A DNA stretch of 64,000 nucleotides from an uncultured Acholeplasmataceae bacterium (GCA_964552625.1 CAZKGV010000007.1:10264-74263), one strand, 5' to 3'; positions 40,295 through 51,510 are shown, counted from the first letter of the stretch. The notes: a model not told the origin generated them from the sequence alone. A program made the numbers and translations.

Positions 40295-42376
40295 TCAGTT
40301 TTCTAACTTTTTAATTGCTGGATGACCTTTTTTAAATATTTTAATTCCATAATCGATCCCAAAAGCAACTTTAATTATTTCTTCTTCTATTGCAACTACA
40401 ACACCTAAACCATATTTTTCATGATTTATCTTATCACCCAAATTGATTTCTTGTTTACTAGTTTCAACAACTCTTACTTTAAATTTAGATTTTTTATTAT
40501 TAACATCAAAACCAATAATTTCTTCTAAAAAACGACTCGGTTCCATCTTTCTTACTTCACCAAAACGAAATCTTTCGTTTGTGTGAGAAATAATCAACCT
40601 TTCTTTTGCTCTAGTGATTGCGACATAACAAATTCGCCTTTCTTCTTCTAAATCTTTTTTTGACAAACTAGCTTGCGCCACCGGAAATATCGACTCTTCT
40701 AGTGCCACAATAAAAACAACCCTAAACTCAAGACCTTTAACTTGGTGAACTGTTGCTAATTTAACTGTGTTTTCGCCTTTATCTAAATCTAGATCCGTCT
40801 TTAAAGACAGTTCATCTAAGATAAAAGTTAAAATCTCAAGTGGATTACCTTTTATTTCCTGTTCACCCATATAAAAGATTGCTTTTAACTCTTCAATATT
40901 CTCAAGTCTATCCTTAGATTCGTTTCCCTCTAGTTTTAACATTTCTTGATAACCTGTAAGATTGCTAACAATATCAATCACATCTATTAAGTATTTAGTT
41001 TGATTAATTTGTTTTTGGAGTTTAAAAATCAACTCTTTAAATTCTAATAACCTTTGATTTACGCTATAAGAAATATCTGCCTCGCTTATTGCCTCAAAAA
41101 GACTAACTTTAAACACCTTAGCATAATTTTCTAATTTGGCAACCGTCACTTGACCAATTTTTCTTCTTGGCATATTAATTATTCTTTTTAAGGAAATATT
41201 ATCATGAGGATTAAGCGCCACCCTAATATAAGCAATAATATCTTTAATCTCTTTTCTCGCAAAAAAAGATACTCCCCCATAAATTACATAAGGAATCTGA
41301 TATTTTAAAAAAGCCTCCTCAAAAACTCTACCTAGTGCATTGCTTCGATAAAGCACAGCAATCTCATCATACCGGTAACCATTCTCAATTAAAATTTCAA
41401 TAGCTTTTGTAACAAAATAGGCTTCATCACGATCAGTAGCTCTAGTTTCAATAATTACTTCTTTTCCATCTCCCAAGCTGCTTTTTAATTCTTTTTCTGT
41501 TGAGCGAAATAAATTATTAACTATTAGCTTGTTAGCCACATTTAATATATTCATTGTTGAACGATAATTATGATCTAAGATAACAATTTTTGGATTAAAC
41601 TCTTTAATAAAATATTTTTGATTTTCATAATTTGCTCCCCGAAAAGAATAAATGCTTTGATCAGGATCACCAACAACAAATACATTTTTTCTTTTGCCTG
41701 CTAAAAGTTTAATTAACTCATATTGTTTATAATTAGTATCTTGAAACTCATCAACTAAAATATATTGATAACGTTCATTGTACTGGGCTTTGATAGTTTT
41801 CCTAGTTTTTAATATTTCAATTGCATATAAAATTAAATCATCAAAATCAAGTGAGTTATTAGCTTGAAGATAGTTATTATAGCCTTGATAAATTTTATAC
41901 TCTTCAAAATCAAGCGAGTCAAACTGTCCGTTTTTATATTTAGAAAAATAATCTTTTAAGCGATTAGAATTAAATAGGTTTGAATCATAGCCTAACTCTT
42001 TAACTGTATCCCTAATAATTTGTTTTGAATCATCTTCATCTAAAATTAAAAATCTTCTGCTAAAGCCTAAGTCTAAATTATCAATTTCATCTCTTAAAAA
42101 CCCAGCACAAAAAGAGTGAAATGTTGATACTTTCAACTCCATTGCTTTATCGCCAATCAAGTTAATTACTCGACTTTTCATTTCAAAGGCTGCTTTATTG
42201 GTAAATGTTACAGCTACAATATTATCCGGTTTAATTCCTTCAGCAATCATATAAGCAATCCGGTATGTTAAGGTTCTTGTTTTACCACTACCTGCACCAG
42301 CAATAACAGCCATAGGACCATCTATTTTTGTAACTGCATTTAATTGTGATTCATTTAATTTAGTTAAATCTAACAT
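40295..42376 (-). CDS. pcrA: ATP-dependent DNA helicase PcrA
   Basis: It has the full SF1 motif set (AGAGSGKT, DEFQDTN, VGDPDQSIYSFRGA, VHQVKGLEF, YVAITRAKE) and a C-terminal Tudor-like tail. Confidence 0.9.
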   Translation of the reverse strand: MLDLTKLNESQLNAVTKIDGPMAVIAGAGSGKTRTLTYRIAYMIAEGIKPDNIVAVTFTNKAAFEMKSRVINLIGDKAMELKVSTFHSFCAGFLRDEIDNLDLGFSRRFLILDEDDSKQIIRDTVKELGYDSNLFNSNRLKDYFSKYKNGQFDSLDFEEYKIYQGYNNYLQANNSLDFDDLILYAIEILKTRKTIKAQYNERYQYILVDEFQDTNYKQYELIKLLAGKRKNVFVVGDPDQSIYSFRGANYENQKYFIKEFNPKIVILDHNYRSTMNILNVANKLIVNNLFRSTEKELKSSLGDGKEVIIETRATDRDEAYFVTKAIEILIENGYRYDEIAVLYRSNALGRVFEEAFLKYQIPYVIYGGVSFFARKEIKDIIAYIRVALNPHDNISLKRIINMPRRKIGQVTVAKLENYAKVFKVSLFEAISEADISYSVNQRLLEFKELIFKLQKQINQTKYLIDVIDIVSNLTGYQEMLKLEGNESKDRLENIEELKAIFYMGEQEIKGNPLEILTFILDELSLKTDLDLDKGENTVKLATVHQVKGLEFRVVFIVALEESIFPVAQASLSKKDLEEERRICYVAITRAKERLIISHTNERFRFGEVRKMEPSRFLEEIIGFDVNNKKSKFKVRVVETSKQEINLGDKINHEKYGLGVVVAIEEEIIKVAFGIDYGIKIFKKGHPAIKKLEN

Positions 42377-42450
42377 AGTCCTCCTAAATAATACTGGTTC
42401 ACCTTAATAGTATTTTAAAGAGATAATAACTTTAATACCCCTTTTATTTG

Positions 42451-44067
42451 TTATCTAAATGAGCTTTTTAATTCCACTATTCTGTTTAAAACAACATCTT
42501 TTTCTTTACTATCTTGAATAAAATAACCGATTCTAAGTAACTGAAACTGACCCTTAATATCTAAAAACGCTTTTTCCACAAATCCTTCTTTTTTTTGCCA
42601 AGAATTAGGATTTATTCTCTCTAAAAACGATTCTTCTCCATCAAAAACTAAGGGACTAAAAAGATTAAAAGTAGCTTTAACTGCAGTTGTTTTTTCTACA
42701 AAACTAATAGTTCCATTTGGTTTTCTTGCACTAAAGCCTGAACCGCTTTTTGTTTTAGGATCATATGTTACTAATATTTCACTAACATTACCGTTTTGAT
42801 CATATTTAACATCATGACAATGAATAAAATAAGCATTATATAACCTTACTTCTAACCCCTTAGACAACCTTTTCCAACGTTTATTAGGCTTTGTTTCAAT
42901 AAAATCATCTTGATCAATATATAAATGTTTAGAAAAATATATTGTTTTTAGACCTTTAGACTCATCAAGTGGATCTAGTGGTACTTTTATTTGTTCAACT
43001 AAATCGTTTGGGTAATTTGTTATTGTTACCTTAAGAGGATTAATTACCCCCATTAATTTAGGAGTTTTTACTTGAAGATCTTCTCTTAAATATGCCTCAA
43101 GCATATCAATAGAAACTGTTGAGTTGTTTTTTGAAAGTCCAGTTGCTAAAATGAATTCTTTTATTGCTTCTTTGGTATATCCTCTTCTTCTTAAGCCTGA
43201 GAGAGTTGGCATTCTAGGATCATCCCAACCGGTTACTTTTTCCATTTCAACTAAGCTCTTTAAATATCTTTTACTCATAACCGTATTTTCAATATTAAGC
43301 CTCCCAAACTCGATTTGTCTTGGAACGCTTTCCATTAATGTTTCTTTTACTACCCAATTATAAAGCGGACGATGATCTTCAAACTCTAAACTACATAAAG
43401 AATGAGTAATACCTTCAATAGCGTCTTCAAGTGGATGCGCATAATCATACATTGGATAGATGCACCACGCTTTACCCGTTCGATAATGAGATTGAAAAGA
43501 AACCCGATAAATAACAGGATCGCGCATATTCATATTTGGGTGGCTCATATCAATTTTTGCTCTTAAAACTTTTTCACCTTCTTGATAAAGACCATTTTTC
43601 ATATTTTCAAAAAGCTCTAAATTTTCTTCAATGCTTCTGTTTCTATATCTAGAGTTTACTCCTGGCTCTGTAATTGAACCTCTTGTTTGCGATATTTCTT
43701 CAGCACTTTGATCATCAACATAAGCAAGGCTTCTTTTAATTAAAACAATCGCTCGCTCATACATTTCTTGAAAATAATCACTAGCAAAAAAGACTTTATG
43801 AGGCTTAAAACCCAACCATTTTATATCTTCTTTGATTGCGTTAACGTAATTAATATCTTCACCTTCTGGATTAGTATCATCAAACCTTAAATAAGTTTTG
43901 CCATCAAAAAGTTTTGCAAGCTCAAAATTAATCGTTAGTGCCCGCGCATGTCCAATATGTAAAAATCCATTTGGCTCTGGAGGAAATCTTGTGATAATAT
44001 GATTATGCTTTTTGCTTTCTAAGTCTTGAATCATTATCGTTTTAATAAAATTTGAATATCTTTTCAT
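42451..44067 (-). CDS. glnS: Glutamine--tRNA ligase
   Basis: TRFPPEPNGFLHIGHA (HIGH) and VMSKR (KMSKS) are present. A long collinear similarity to E. coli GlnRS was recognised by eye (LRFDDTNP, LRAKIDM, MRDPV.YR, WCIYPMYD, EGITHSLC.LEF). Confidence 0.85.
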   Translation of the reverse strand: MKRYSNFIKTIMIQDLESKKHNHIITRFPPEPNGFLHIGHARALTINFELAKLFDGKTYLRFDDTNPEGEDINYVNAIKEDIKWLGFKPHKVFFASDYFQEMYERAIVLIKRSLAYVDDQSAEEISQTRGSITEPGVNSRYRNRSIEENLELFENMKNGLYQEGEKVLRAKIDMSHPNMNMRDPVIYRVSFQSHYRTGKAWCIYPMYDYAHPLEDAIEGITHSLCSLEFEDHRPLYNWVVKETLMESVPRQIEFGRLNIENTVMSKRYLKSLVEMEKVTGWDDPRMPTLSGLRRRGYTKEAIKEFILATGLSKNNSTVSIDMLEAYLREDLQVKTPKLMGVINPLKVTITNYPNDLVEQIKVPLDPLDESKGLKTIYFSKHLYIDQDDFIETKPNKRWKRLSKGLEVRLYNAYFIHCHDVKYDQNGNVSEILVTYDPKTKSGSGFSARKPNGTISFVEKTTAVKATFNLFSPLVFDGEESFLERINPNSWQKKEGFVEKAFLDIKGQFQLLRIGYFIQDSKEKDVVLNRIVELKSSFR

Positions 44068-44148
44068 CTAATCACCTGCTAAGAAACATTATAACCTAAT
44101 AAGCAGAATTTTTCATCTGTTTTTCATCTAGAAATAGCAGCCATTAAT

Positions 44149-44176
44149 AAAAAAAGCCATCCATTTTATAGACGGC
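44149..44176 (-). terminator. Terminator after tsaD
   Basis: The minus strand reads GCCGTC-TATAAAATG-GATGGC (one G-U pair) followed by T7. Confidence 0.55.
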
Positions 44177-44229
44177 ATTATCTCTTTTTGGTCCTCTTTT
44201 AACTAAACACACTAATATTTAGGTTTAGA

Positions 44230-45222
44230 TTATAAACTTAAAGTTGATTTCCCGCTTAATTGAAAATTTTTAAGTGGTCCTTCTTTTTTAAAATGATAAT
44301 ATGCTGCTACACCAATCATCGCTGCATTATCGGTACAGTATTTAATATCAGGAATCATAATATTAACATCTTTTATTTCTTCATATGCCCGTTTTTTTAA
44401 CCGCGAATTAGCCGCAACTCCACCAACAATAACCACTTCTTTAACTTGATATTTTTTAATTGCTTCTTTAAGTTTAAAAAGCAGAACATCAATAACTGAT
44501 TCTTGAAAAGAAGCAGCTAAATCATTAATATTAAGGTGCTCATTTTTTCTATTGGCATGATAAACAATGTTATTTACAGCACTTTTAAGGCCTGAAAAGC
44601 TAAACTTAAAATCGTTTTTATCTAAATAAGGCCTTGGTAGATTATAGGTATCTTTACCTGTTTTAGCTAACTCATCAATAATAGGACCTCCCGGATAACC
44701 TAAACCAAGCATCCTACTAACCTTATCATAAGCCTCACCAACTGCATCATCTAAAGTTTGGCCTAAGACTTGAAAATCCATATGACCTTTCATATAAACA
44801 AGTTCAGTATGTCCCCCACTTACAACCAAAGCAATCAAAGGAAACTTTAAATCATGCTCAATATTACATGCATAAATATGCCCTGCTAAATGATTTATTC
44901 CAACAATTGGTTTATCATGAGCAAACGCAAAAGCAGTTGCCGCGTTGATTCCTACCAAAAGAGCTCCAATTAAACCTGGGCCTTCTGTAACAGCCACAAG
45001 ATCAATGTCTTCTACCTCAACAAAGGCCTCTTTTAAAGCTTGCTCAAAAACAAGCGTCATGCTTTTAACGTGATTTCTGCTGGCAATCTCTGGAACAACA
45101 CCACCGTATGCTTGATGAATTTTGATTTGCGATAAAACAACATTGCTTAAGACCTTTTTACCATCCTTTACAACACTAACGCTTGTCTCATCACAGCTTG
45201 TCTCAACAGCTAAAATAATCAT
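44230..45222 (-). CDS. tsaD: tRNA N6-adenosine threonylcarbamoyltransferase
   Basis: It carries ETSCDET, the metal motif HLAGH and GGVAAN. Confidence 0.95.
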   Translation of the reverse strand: MIILAVETSCDETSVSVVKDGKKVLSNVVLSQIKIHQAYGGVVPEIASRNHVKSMTLVFEQALKEAFVEVEDIDLVAVTEGPGLIGALLVGINAATAFAFAHDKPIVGINHLAGHIYACNIEHDLKFPLIALVVSGGHTELVYMKGHMDFQVLGQTLDDAVGEAYDKVSRMLGLGYPGGPIIDELAKTGKDTYNLPRPYLDKNDFKFSFSGLKSAVNNIVYHANRKNEHLNINDLAASFQESVIDVLLFKLKEAIKKYQVKEVVIVGGVAANSRLKKRAYEEIKDVNIMIPDIKYCTDNAAMIGVAAYYHFKKEGPLKNFQLSGKSTLSL

Positions 45223-45224
45223 TT

Positions 45225-45650
45225 TTATAATCTCCTAAGATAAAAAAACGCGTCACAATCTTTATAATACTTACTAATAACTCTTTGTTTAATAAAGCCA
45301 TGTGACTCATAAAGCTTAATTGCTGCTAAATTATCTTCTCTAACTTCTAAACTAATTATTTTCACATTGTTTTTTTTAAAATAATTAATTGCAAAATTTA
45401 GCAATAACTTCCCATAACCTTTTCTTCTAAATTCGTCTATTATGCCAAAATCAAATATTTGGCCATTTTCTCCGCTTTCCCACAATATAATAAAACCAAT
45501 TCTATCATTTTTTTCAACTATAAAAACACTAAATGTTTCCTTAGCATTAATATAATCTTTAATCATTTGATAATCAAACTTTGATCCCATTTCTTGATTA
45601 CTTAACTGATAAATAAAATCAAGATCAGTAATATCAGCTTTCCTAATCAT
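45225..45650 (-). CDS. rimI: Ribosomal-protein-alanine N-acetyltransferase (GNAT)
   Basis: It carries the GNAT motif [10 protein letters not shown] and sits between tsaB and tsaD. Confidence 0.8.
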   Translation of the reverse strand: MIRKADITDLDFIYQLSNQEMGSKFDYQMIKDYINAKETFSVFIVEKNDRIGFIILWESGENGQIFDFGIIDEFRRKGYGKLLLNFAINYFKKNNVKIISLEVREDNLAAIKLYESHGFIKQRVISKYYKDCDAFFYLRRL

Positions 45651-46227
45651 GATTTATTTCTGCTTGTGGCCTTTTTAAATATTTGGGTTCAAATAAATGG
45701 ATATCTTTAATTTCTTTTGCTTTTTCCATAATCTTTTTTAAATTAACTTCATAATGAAAATCATCAATCATTACTGGTTTTGCTAGTGTTTTAATCGCTA
45801 GTTTTTGTAAATCTTCTGTTTTTCTCAAGCCTTCTTCCAAAAGTGTTAAAGTATCATCATAAATACCGCAAAAGACATTACCGTTTCGTGCATCAATCAT
45901 TGGTGCTTTAATAAAGTTATAGCCACTTGACAAAAAATAAAGACTCGAAACAGCAAAAAGTTTTATCCCTTTAGTGTAAGCCAACATTTTAGCAACCATA
46001 ACACTAACTCTTAATCCTGTATAAGAACCCGGCCCATAACCAACATAAATTTTGTTAATATCATCAATTTTAACATCTTTTCTTTTTAACAACAAATCAA
46101 TTATATCAATAATATATTTAGCGTGATCTTGTCTGCCAATTCTAACGCTTTTTTCAATTAAACGCCCATCTTTCCCAATCGCAACAAACAAAACGTTGGT
46201 TGAAGAGTCAATAAATAATTGTTTCAT
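45643..46227 (-). CDS. tsaB: tRNA threonylcarbamoyladenosine biosynthesis protein TsaB
   Basis: It carries GPGSYTGLRV and sits in the tsaE-tsaB-rimI-tsaD order. Confidence 0.85.
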   Translation of the reverse strand: MKQLFIDSSTNVLFVAIGKDGRLIEKSVRIGRQDHAKYIIDIIDLLLKRKDVKIDDINKIYVGYGPGSYTGLRVSVMVAKMLAYTKGIKLFAVSSLYFLSSGYNFIKAPMIDARNGNVFCGIYDDTLTLLEEGLRKTEDLQKLAIKTLAKPVMIDDFHYEVNLKKIMEKAKEIKDIHLFEPKYLKRPQAEINHD

Positions 46228-46670
46228 ATATACTTAACCACACTTTCATACCTTTTACCAAAAGCTTGAAATATTAATTTTCTTGTTTCATCAGAGATAT
46301 ACTTAAAAGTTACTAACAAATATTCTTTTGGTAAAATTGATTTAACATTAAATGGCCACTCAATTACAGTTATCGCATCACTGTAAATGTAGTCTTCAAT
46401 ATCAAAATCACTTGCTTCTTCTTTTAGTCTGTATAAATCAATATGGTAAAATTTAGTTTCATCACTAATATATCTTTTTAAGATTGTAAATGTTGGACTA
46501 TTAATTATCTGATTAATATTTAAGGCTTTACCAATTCCTTTTGTAAATGTCGTTTTACCGGTGGCAAGTTCACCATCTAAAAGAACAACCATCGAAGGCT
46601 TTAATAAAAGACCTAGCTGATAGCCTAAATAAAAAGTTTCTTTTTCACTATATGTTTGTTTTTCTTTCAT
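46224..46670 (-). CDS. tsaE: tRNA threonylcarbamoyladenosine biosynthesis ATPase TsaE
   Basis: It carries the P-loop GELATGKTTF and HIDLYR. Confidence 0.85.
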   Translation of the reverse strand: MKEKQTYSEKETFYLGYQLGLLLKPSMVVLLDGELATGKTTFTKGIGKALNINQIINSPTFTILKRYISDETKFYHIDLYRLKEEASDFDIEDYIYSDAITVIEWPFNVKSILPKEYLLVTFKYISDETRKLIFQAFGKRYESVVKYI

Positions 46671-46741
46671 CTTAATTCACCAAAAAATATTTTATCATAT
46701 TGTTTTTCTATTTAATACCTTTATGCGTTGAAAAAAGGGTT

Positions 46742-48055
46742 TTATAACCCTTTAATTTTCTCTTCTAATTCGCGTTTTAATTCTTCAAAAGACGGTTTAC
46801 CCAAAAGGGCAAACATATTCTTTTTATAAGATTCAACTCCGGGTTGGTCAAAAGGATTAACCTCAAGTAAATATGCGCTCATTGCACAAGCTTTAAAAAA
46901 GAAATATACCATATAACCATACATATATGGATTAATCGTCTCAAGCTCAATTACAATATTTGGTACGCCTCCATCTTTATGAGCAAAAAGTGTTCCTAAA
47001 AAAGCTTTTTCATTAATTTCATGGAGATCTTTTGATGCTAAATAATTTAGCTCATCATAATCATTTTTTAAATAAGGGATTTGGACATCAACAGCCGGTT
47101 TTTTAATTTTAATAACTGTTTCAAATAAGTTTCTAGGCCCTTCTTGAATCAATTGTCCTAAAGAATGTAGGTCTGTTGAAAAAGTTGCGCTTGCCACAAA
47201 TAAACCCTTGTTTTTTTTACCTTCTGATTCACCAAATAATTGTTTTAACCATTCACTAAAGTATTTAAACGTCGGTTCATAACTGATAAACATTTCAATA
47301 GTTTTCTTTTCTTTATATAACCCATATCTCAATTTAGCATATTCATAAGCAGGATTGTTAACACTTAAATGATCATAATAGGCCTTTTGTGCACCTTGTA
47401 AAATTAAATCTATATCAATACCTGCAGCACAAATCGGCAGCAAGCCTACCGCAGAAAGCACACTAAATCTACCACCAATATTTTTAGGAACCTCAAATGT
47501 TGGATACCCCTTTAAATTGGCAAGCCTTTTTAGTGTACCATCAGTTTTGTCTGTGGTTACATAAACTCTCTTATTAGCTTCTTTTTCGCCATATTTTTTA
47601 ATAAGCAATTCATTTAACAATCTAAATGCCAAAGCTGGTTCGATTGTTGTTCCACTTTTTGATATAACATTAATCGAAAAGTCTTTTTGTTCTAAATATC
47701 CAATAACTGATTCCATATAAATACTGCTCATTTGATAACCCGCAAAAAGGATTTCTAATTCTTCATTTAAAAAAGGTTTCTTTAACATTTCAATTGCTGA
47801 TTTAGCTCCTAAATATGAACCGCCAATTCCAATAACAACCAAAACCTGTGAAGTTTCTTTAATTCTTTTAACAGCTTCTTTAATTTTTTCTATTTCTTCT
47901 TTATTGGGGTTTATTGGTTGATCAACCCAACCTAAAAAATCAGCACCTTCACCAGTTTTCTCATGAATCATCTGATGAATTGCTTCAACCTTTTTTTCAT
48001 TAACATATCTTTTACTTAAAAATGAAGTCGCATGTTCTTTAATTACTTTAATCAT
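46742..48055 (-). CDS. pgi: Glucose-6-phosphate isomerase
   Basis: The motifs [17 protein letters not shown] and GESEGK are typical of the short Bacillota-type PGI. Confidence 0.9.
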   Translation of the reverse strand: MIKVIKEHATSFLSKRYVNEKKVEAIHQMIHEKTGEGADFLGWVDQPINPNKEEIEKIKEAVKRIKETSQVLVVIGIGGSYLGAKSAIEMLKKPFLNEELEILFAGYQMSSIYMESVIGYLEQKDFSINVISKSGTTIEPALAFRLLNELLIKKYGEKEANKRVYVTTDKTDGTLKRLANLKGYPTFEVPKNIGGRFSVLSAVGLLPICAAGIDIDLILQGAQKAYYDHLSVNNPAYEYAKLRYGLYKEKKTIEMFISYEPTFKYFSEWLKQLFGESEGKKNKGLFVASATFSTDLHSLGQLIQEGPRNLFETVIKIKKPAVDVQIPYLKNDYDELNYLASKDLHEINEKAFLGTLFAHKDGGVPNIVIELETINPYMYGYMVYFFFKACAMSAYLLEVNPFDQPGVESYKKNMFALLGKPSFEELKRELEEKIKGL

Positions 48056-48395
48056 CTTTTAAATATCCCTTTGCTTGTCTAATCCATTTAGGAAGAGCTT
48101 TTTTTATAGGCACAAAACCAATTGGCAAATCAGAAACGATAACCGCTTTTCTTTTTTTACATTTTTTAAAAGAAAGCTTCATCTTTTTAGTATTTAGGTC
48201 TACTTCTAACACTTGAACAGTAATTTTATCGCCAACACAGGCAAAAAGCTCAATATCTCTAACAAATTTATCCGAAAGTTCTGAGATATGTATTAAGCCA
48301 ATAAAATCATCCTTTTTTACAAACAAACCATAATTAACTATTCCTGTTACTATTACCTCTATTTCTTGTCCTACTTTAATCATAGTCATCTCCAC
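48048..48395 (-). CDS. S1 domain RNA-binding protein (YugI/GSP13-like)
   Basis: It has the S1 fold pattern [19 protein letters not shown]...GLIHISEL. The start is ambiguous within the first 5 codons. Confidence 0.7.
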   Translation of the reverse strand: MEMTMIKVGQEIEVIVTGIVNYGLFVKKDDFIGLIHISELSDKFVRDIELFACVGDKITVQVLEVDLNTKKMKLSFKKCKKRKAVIVSDLPIGFVPIKKALPKWIRQAKGYLKDD

Positions 48396-48536
48396 TTATT
48401 ATATTATATCACTATAACGTGAAAATTATTGTAAATTATAATAGATTAAGAAAATAGATTAATTAGATAATCCTAAACCATAATTAAAAAACATATCCAA
48501 AACTGAATATGTCTTTTTTTTAAAAACTTAGCGAAA

Positions 48537-49202
48537 TTAAAATATTGCCGCTCTTGCTTGTTGCTTAACTTCTCTAGAAGTTGCAAAAGGAATTCTCGTT
48601 GAATATCCTGATCTTGCCGCAACAATTCTTTTAGTTGGCCATGTGAAAACGTCTGTGTTCCACTGTCTAACTGTGTCGTTATACACTTCTCTAGCTGCAG
48701 TAATTTCTCTTTGAAGATAGTTGTTTTGTTGCATCGCATCAGCAATAACTGCTTGGCTCTTTAAATCTGGATATGCTTCAAATGCCAAATTAATTCTTGA
48801 GTAAGTAGAATCTACTTGCTCAGCAACAACATTACGGTCTTCATCATTAGCAACACGTCCACCGCCTCTAAGCGCCGCAACTGCAGTCATAACTTCTTTA
48901 TCTAGTTTTGTTGACCTTTCAACTAAACCAACGACATTTTGAAGAATGACAACACGTTGCTCTAAATAGTTATCTATTTGAGAAGCGTTGTGTTGAATTC
49001 TTTGTTGAAGTTTCGCTAAATAATCTCTAGCCTTAATCTTCATAAATAAAAAGATTATACCTGGAATAATAAGTAGCCATAAAAGGATTTCAAATATTAA
49101 AGATCCTACACCCACTTCAACTTTAATCTGTTTGTGAATAACGTTTACATCCTGTCCTTCTTCTTTTACCGGACCTACTAATTCGTCAAGTTCGTTTGCC
49201 AT
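48537..49202 (-). CDS. lemA: LemA family membrane protein
   Basis: One TM segment is followed by a LemA-type helical domain (NYLEQRVVILQNV...AALRGG...FEAYPDLKS...LQREI...E..I..AR..YN..V..WN). Confidence 0.85.
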   Translation of the reverse strand: MANELDELVGPVKEEGQDVNVIHKQIKVEVGVGSLIFEILLWLLIIPGIIFLFMKIKARDYLAKLQQRIQHNASQIDNYLEQRVVILQNVVGLVERSTKLDKEVMTAVAALRGGGRVANDEDRNVVAEQVDSTYSRINLAFEAYPDLKSQAVIADAMQQNNYLQREITAAREVYNDTVRQWNTDVFTWPTKRIVAARSGYSTRIPFATSREVKQQARAAIF

Positions 49203-49205
49203 AAT

Positions 49206-51086
49206 TTACGCCTCCTTTTTCTTGTTTTTTTGATTGTACAGCAAAGTATCTAAATGATTTATATCTAATGGATTTAATTTTGTATCCGTCGTATATGCAA
49301 TAATATTTCTTCTAAATTCTAATTGATGATTCGCTAGTGCGTTTTTACTTAAAAATTGGGCCCAACCTTCTTTTGCCATGATTTCTTTAATATAAGTGTT
49401 TCTATTTAAATCATCAGCAGTCTTAACAATGACATTACTTTGTTTACTAACTGGCTCATATCGATACCAATAAACTGGAACATTATGAAAATAGCCATCA
49501 CCACCACGCATTCTTACATATTCTAACTCTTTAAATGCTTGAAATCCGTGAGCTGTTACTTCTAATTCATCCGCACCTTTAATCGATGAGACTAATCTTG
49601 TTTTTAAGATATTATAGGTATCTGAAGCTGGATGTTTAAACTCTGATGCTTTAAAATAATTAACGATTGCTTCATGTTCCCAACAAGACACATTTGACTC
49701 ATAAAAATCTTTGTAGATATATTCTTTGGCTTTATATTGTTGATAAAGCGGAATTGCTAAAAGCGGAGCAAATGAAAAATAAATGGATTTAAAATAAGAG
49801 TTATTATAATCATTAAAAAGCTTTTTTGTTTTAGCAAAATCATAAGTTATATATTTGTTAGGATTAGTATCAATATCAGCTTTTACTAAATGCGCTGGCG
49901 CGATTGTATTTAACATTCTATTTTTAATAAAACTAAAATCATCGCCAAACCCAACTTTATCATCTTTAATAATTTTAAGCATTTGCCTTTGAGCCAGCGG
50001 AGTGAAAAGCAGACGAAATTGAACTTCATGATTTCTATCTGTTGCGCCAAAAAGCACATCAAATTCTTCATCGGTCATTGCCGTAAAACCGCCACCTTTA
50101 GTGGTTGTTTTTCTAACTTTTTTCTGGATTTTTCTACTGCCTTTTTTAACCAGTTTCCCAACTTGTTTTTCCGAAAGTTTTTCTGCTTTTTTAGGCGTTC
50201 TACTAAAAGATAAATCAGGAGCAGCTTCATTACCATAGATTAAAAAACTATCAAAATAATATTCGGGATTTGGTTTTTTTAGTCTAGCAGTTAAAACTTG
50301 CGTTTTTCTTATACTAGTGTAACTGCCATCAGATTGTCTAACTCTCTGGGTCCAAGAAATAGTCAGTGTTCCAGTATATATTTTTGTTCCCATATAATGG
50401 TTTGCTTTTTTCCCGAAAACAAACGGATTACCTAATATTTCACCACTTTGAGAAAATAAAATAGAAACATCGGGATTAGAATTATCAGGTAGTTTATATT
50501 TGTTATGTAAAATATCATATCTTTTAGGGTCAAAATATTTATCCATTTTAATTAGTGGCATCGTTTTTTCAACTATTTCTGCTGGCATCCCCCAATCAAA
50601 CAAAGCATTTAAACTGCTCATTTGATCCCAGGCAATTTTTAGTTGTTCTTCATACTTTTTCTTTAACTCAACCAAGAAATCTTGCGTATTTTTAAGAATT
50701 ACATTTACCTTTTTTGATAAAAGAAAAATAAGTCCACCGCCAAGGAGAAGACTACCAAGCGTAATAGCGATATCAGCACCCTTATTTACCACTTCAACTC
50801 CTTTAATTAAAGCAAGAAAAAATAAAAAACCAACAATAAAAGATATTATTATAATGACAATTAAAAATGTTTTTAAGTTTTTAAACCTTTTTATCTTTTT
50901 ATCCGTAAATTTAATATCTTCTTCATGTTTTTTAACTTGTTTGACTGTTTTTTTATTTTCATCTTCATCAACTTGCGCTTTTTCCGCAAGTTTTTCAAAA
51001 TATTCGCTTACATTTTCTTTGTGTATATTGCGATATTTCGACTCATATTCACGAATTGGCTCATAAATATTGGTAGCTTCCATCAT
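49206..51086 (-). CDS. Two-TM membrane protein with a large uncharacterised C-terminal domain (626 aa)
   Basis: It has a coiled N-terminus, 2 TM segments (about aa 74-125) and a domain of about 500 aa with no recognised motif. Its stop lies 3 nt before the lemA start. Confidence 0.6.
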   Translation of the reverse strand: MMEATNIYEPIREYESKYRNIHKENVSEYFEKLAEKAQVDEDENKKTVKQVKKHEEDIKFTDKKIKRFKNLKTFLIVIIIISFIVGFLFFLALIKGVEVVNKGADIAITLGSLLLGGGLIFLLSKKVNVILKNTQDFLVELKKKYEEQLKIAWDQMSSLNALFDWGMPAEIVEKTMPLIKMDKYFDPKRYDILHNKYKLPDNSNPDVSILFSQSGEILGNPFVFGKKANHYMGTKIYTGTLTISWTQRVRQSDGSYTSIRKTQVLTARLKKPNPEYYFDSFLIYGNEAAPDLSFSRTPKKAEKLSEKQVGKLVKKGSRKIQKKVRKTTTKGGGFTAMTDEEFDVLFGATDRNHEVQFRLLFTPLAQRQMLKIIKDDKVGFGDDFSFIKNRMLNTIAPAHLVKADIDTNPNKYITYDFAKTKKLFNDYNNSYFKSIYFSFAPLLAIPLYQQYKAKEYIYKDFYESNVSCWEHEAIVNYFKASEFKHPASDTYNILKTRLVSSIKGADELEVTAHGFQAFKELEYVRMRGGDGYFHNVPVYWYRYEPVSKQSNVIVKTADDLNRNTYIKEIMAKEGWAQFLSKNALANHQLEFRRNIIAYTTDTKLNPLDINHLDTLLYNQKNKKKEA

Positions 51087-51207
51087 AGCCTCCTTTTTAA
51101 AAAAATTAAATTAAAGAAATTTATAACCATTTAAATAATAGCATAAACAATAATATTAAAATAGTGTTAAGTTAAATTAAATTGCATGAATTTATTATTT
51201 TTATAAT

Positions 51208-51238
51208 AAAAAAGCGGTTATTAAACTTCAACAACCGC
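51208..51238 (-). terminator. Terminator overlapping the nfu stop codon
   Basis: The minus strand reads GCGGTT-GTTGAAGTTTAAT-AACCGC followed by T6. Confidence 0.5.
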
Positions 51239-51448
51239 AATAATTCCAGGCACATTTTCCAATAACAATGTTTCAATGCCATCTTTTAAAGTTGCGTCAA
51301 TTAAAGGACATCCCTGACATGCGCCTAGCATTTTCACATAAACGATTCCATCTTCAATGGAAACAATCTCAATATCGCCTCCATCACTATGTAAATAAGG
51401 TCTAACCCTGTCAATAAGTTCTCTAACTAATTTTTCTGTTTTATCCAT
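51221..51448 (-). CDS. NifU/Nfu-type Fe-S cluster assembly protein (C-terminal NifU domain)
   Basis: It carries RPYLHSDGGDIE and GACQGC. The start was refined to MDKTEK (GAGGAG RBS); the track ORF extends to 51541. Confidence 0.8.
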   Translation of the reverse strand: MDKTEKLVRELIDRVRPYLHSDGGDIEIVSIEDGIVYVKMLGACQGCPLIDATLKDGIETLLLENVPGIIAVVEV

Positions 51449-51510
51449 AATTATCTCCTCTTGTTTATTATACCTATTTGAACACTTAGGGGCAACAAAT
51501 ATGTTTTTAT

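Noticed and set aside
44068-44229. A T-box leader upstream of glnS
   Set aside because: I could not find a specifier-loop and T-box consensus (the AGAGA and UGGNACC-type elements). The hairpin present is the tsaD terminator.
48473-48745. A 90-aa ORF overlapping the 3' part of lemA
   Set aside because: It lies on the same strand in a different frame inside a gene with a clear LemA signature. It also extends across the terminator hairpin.
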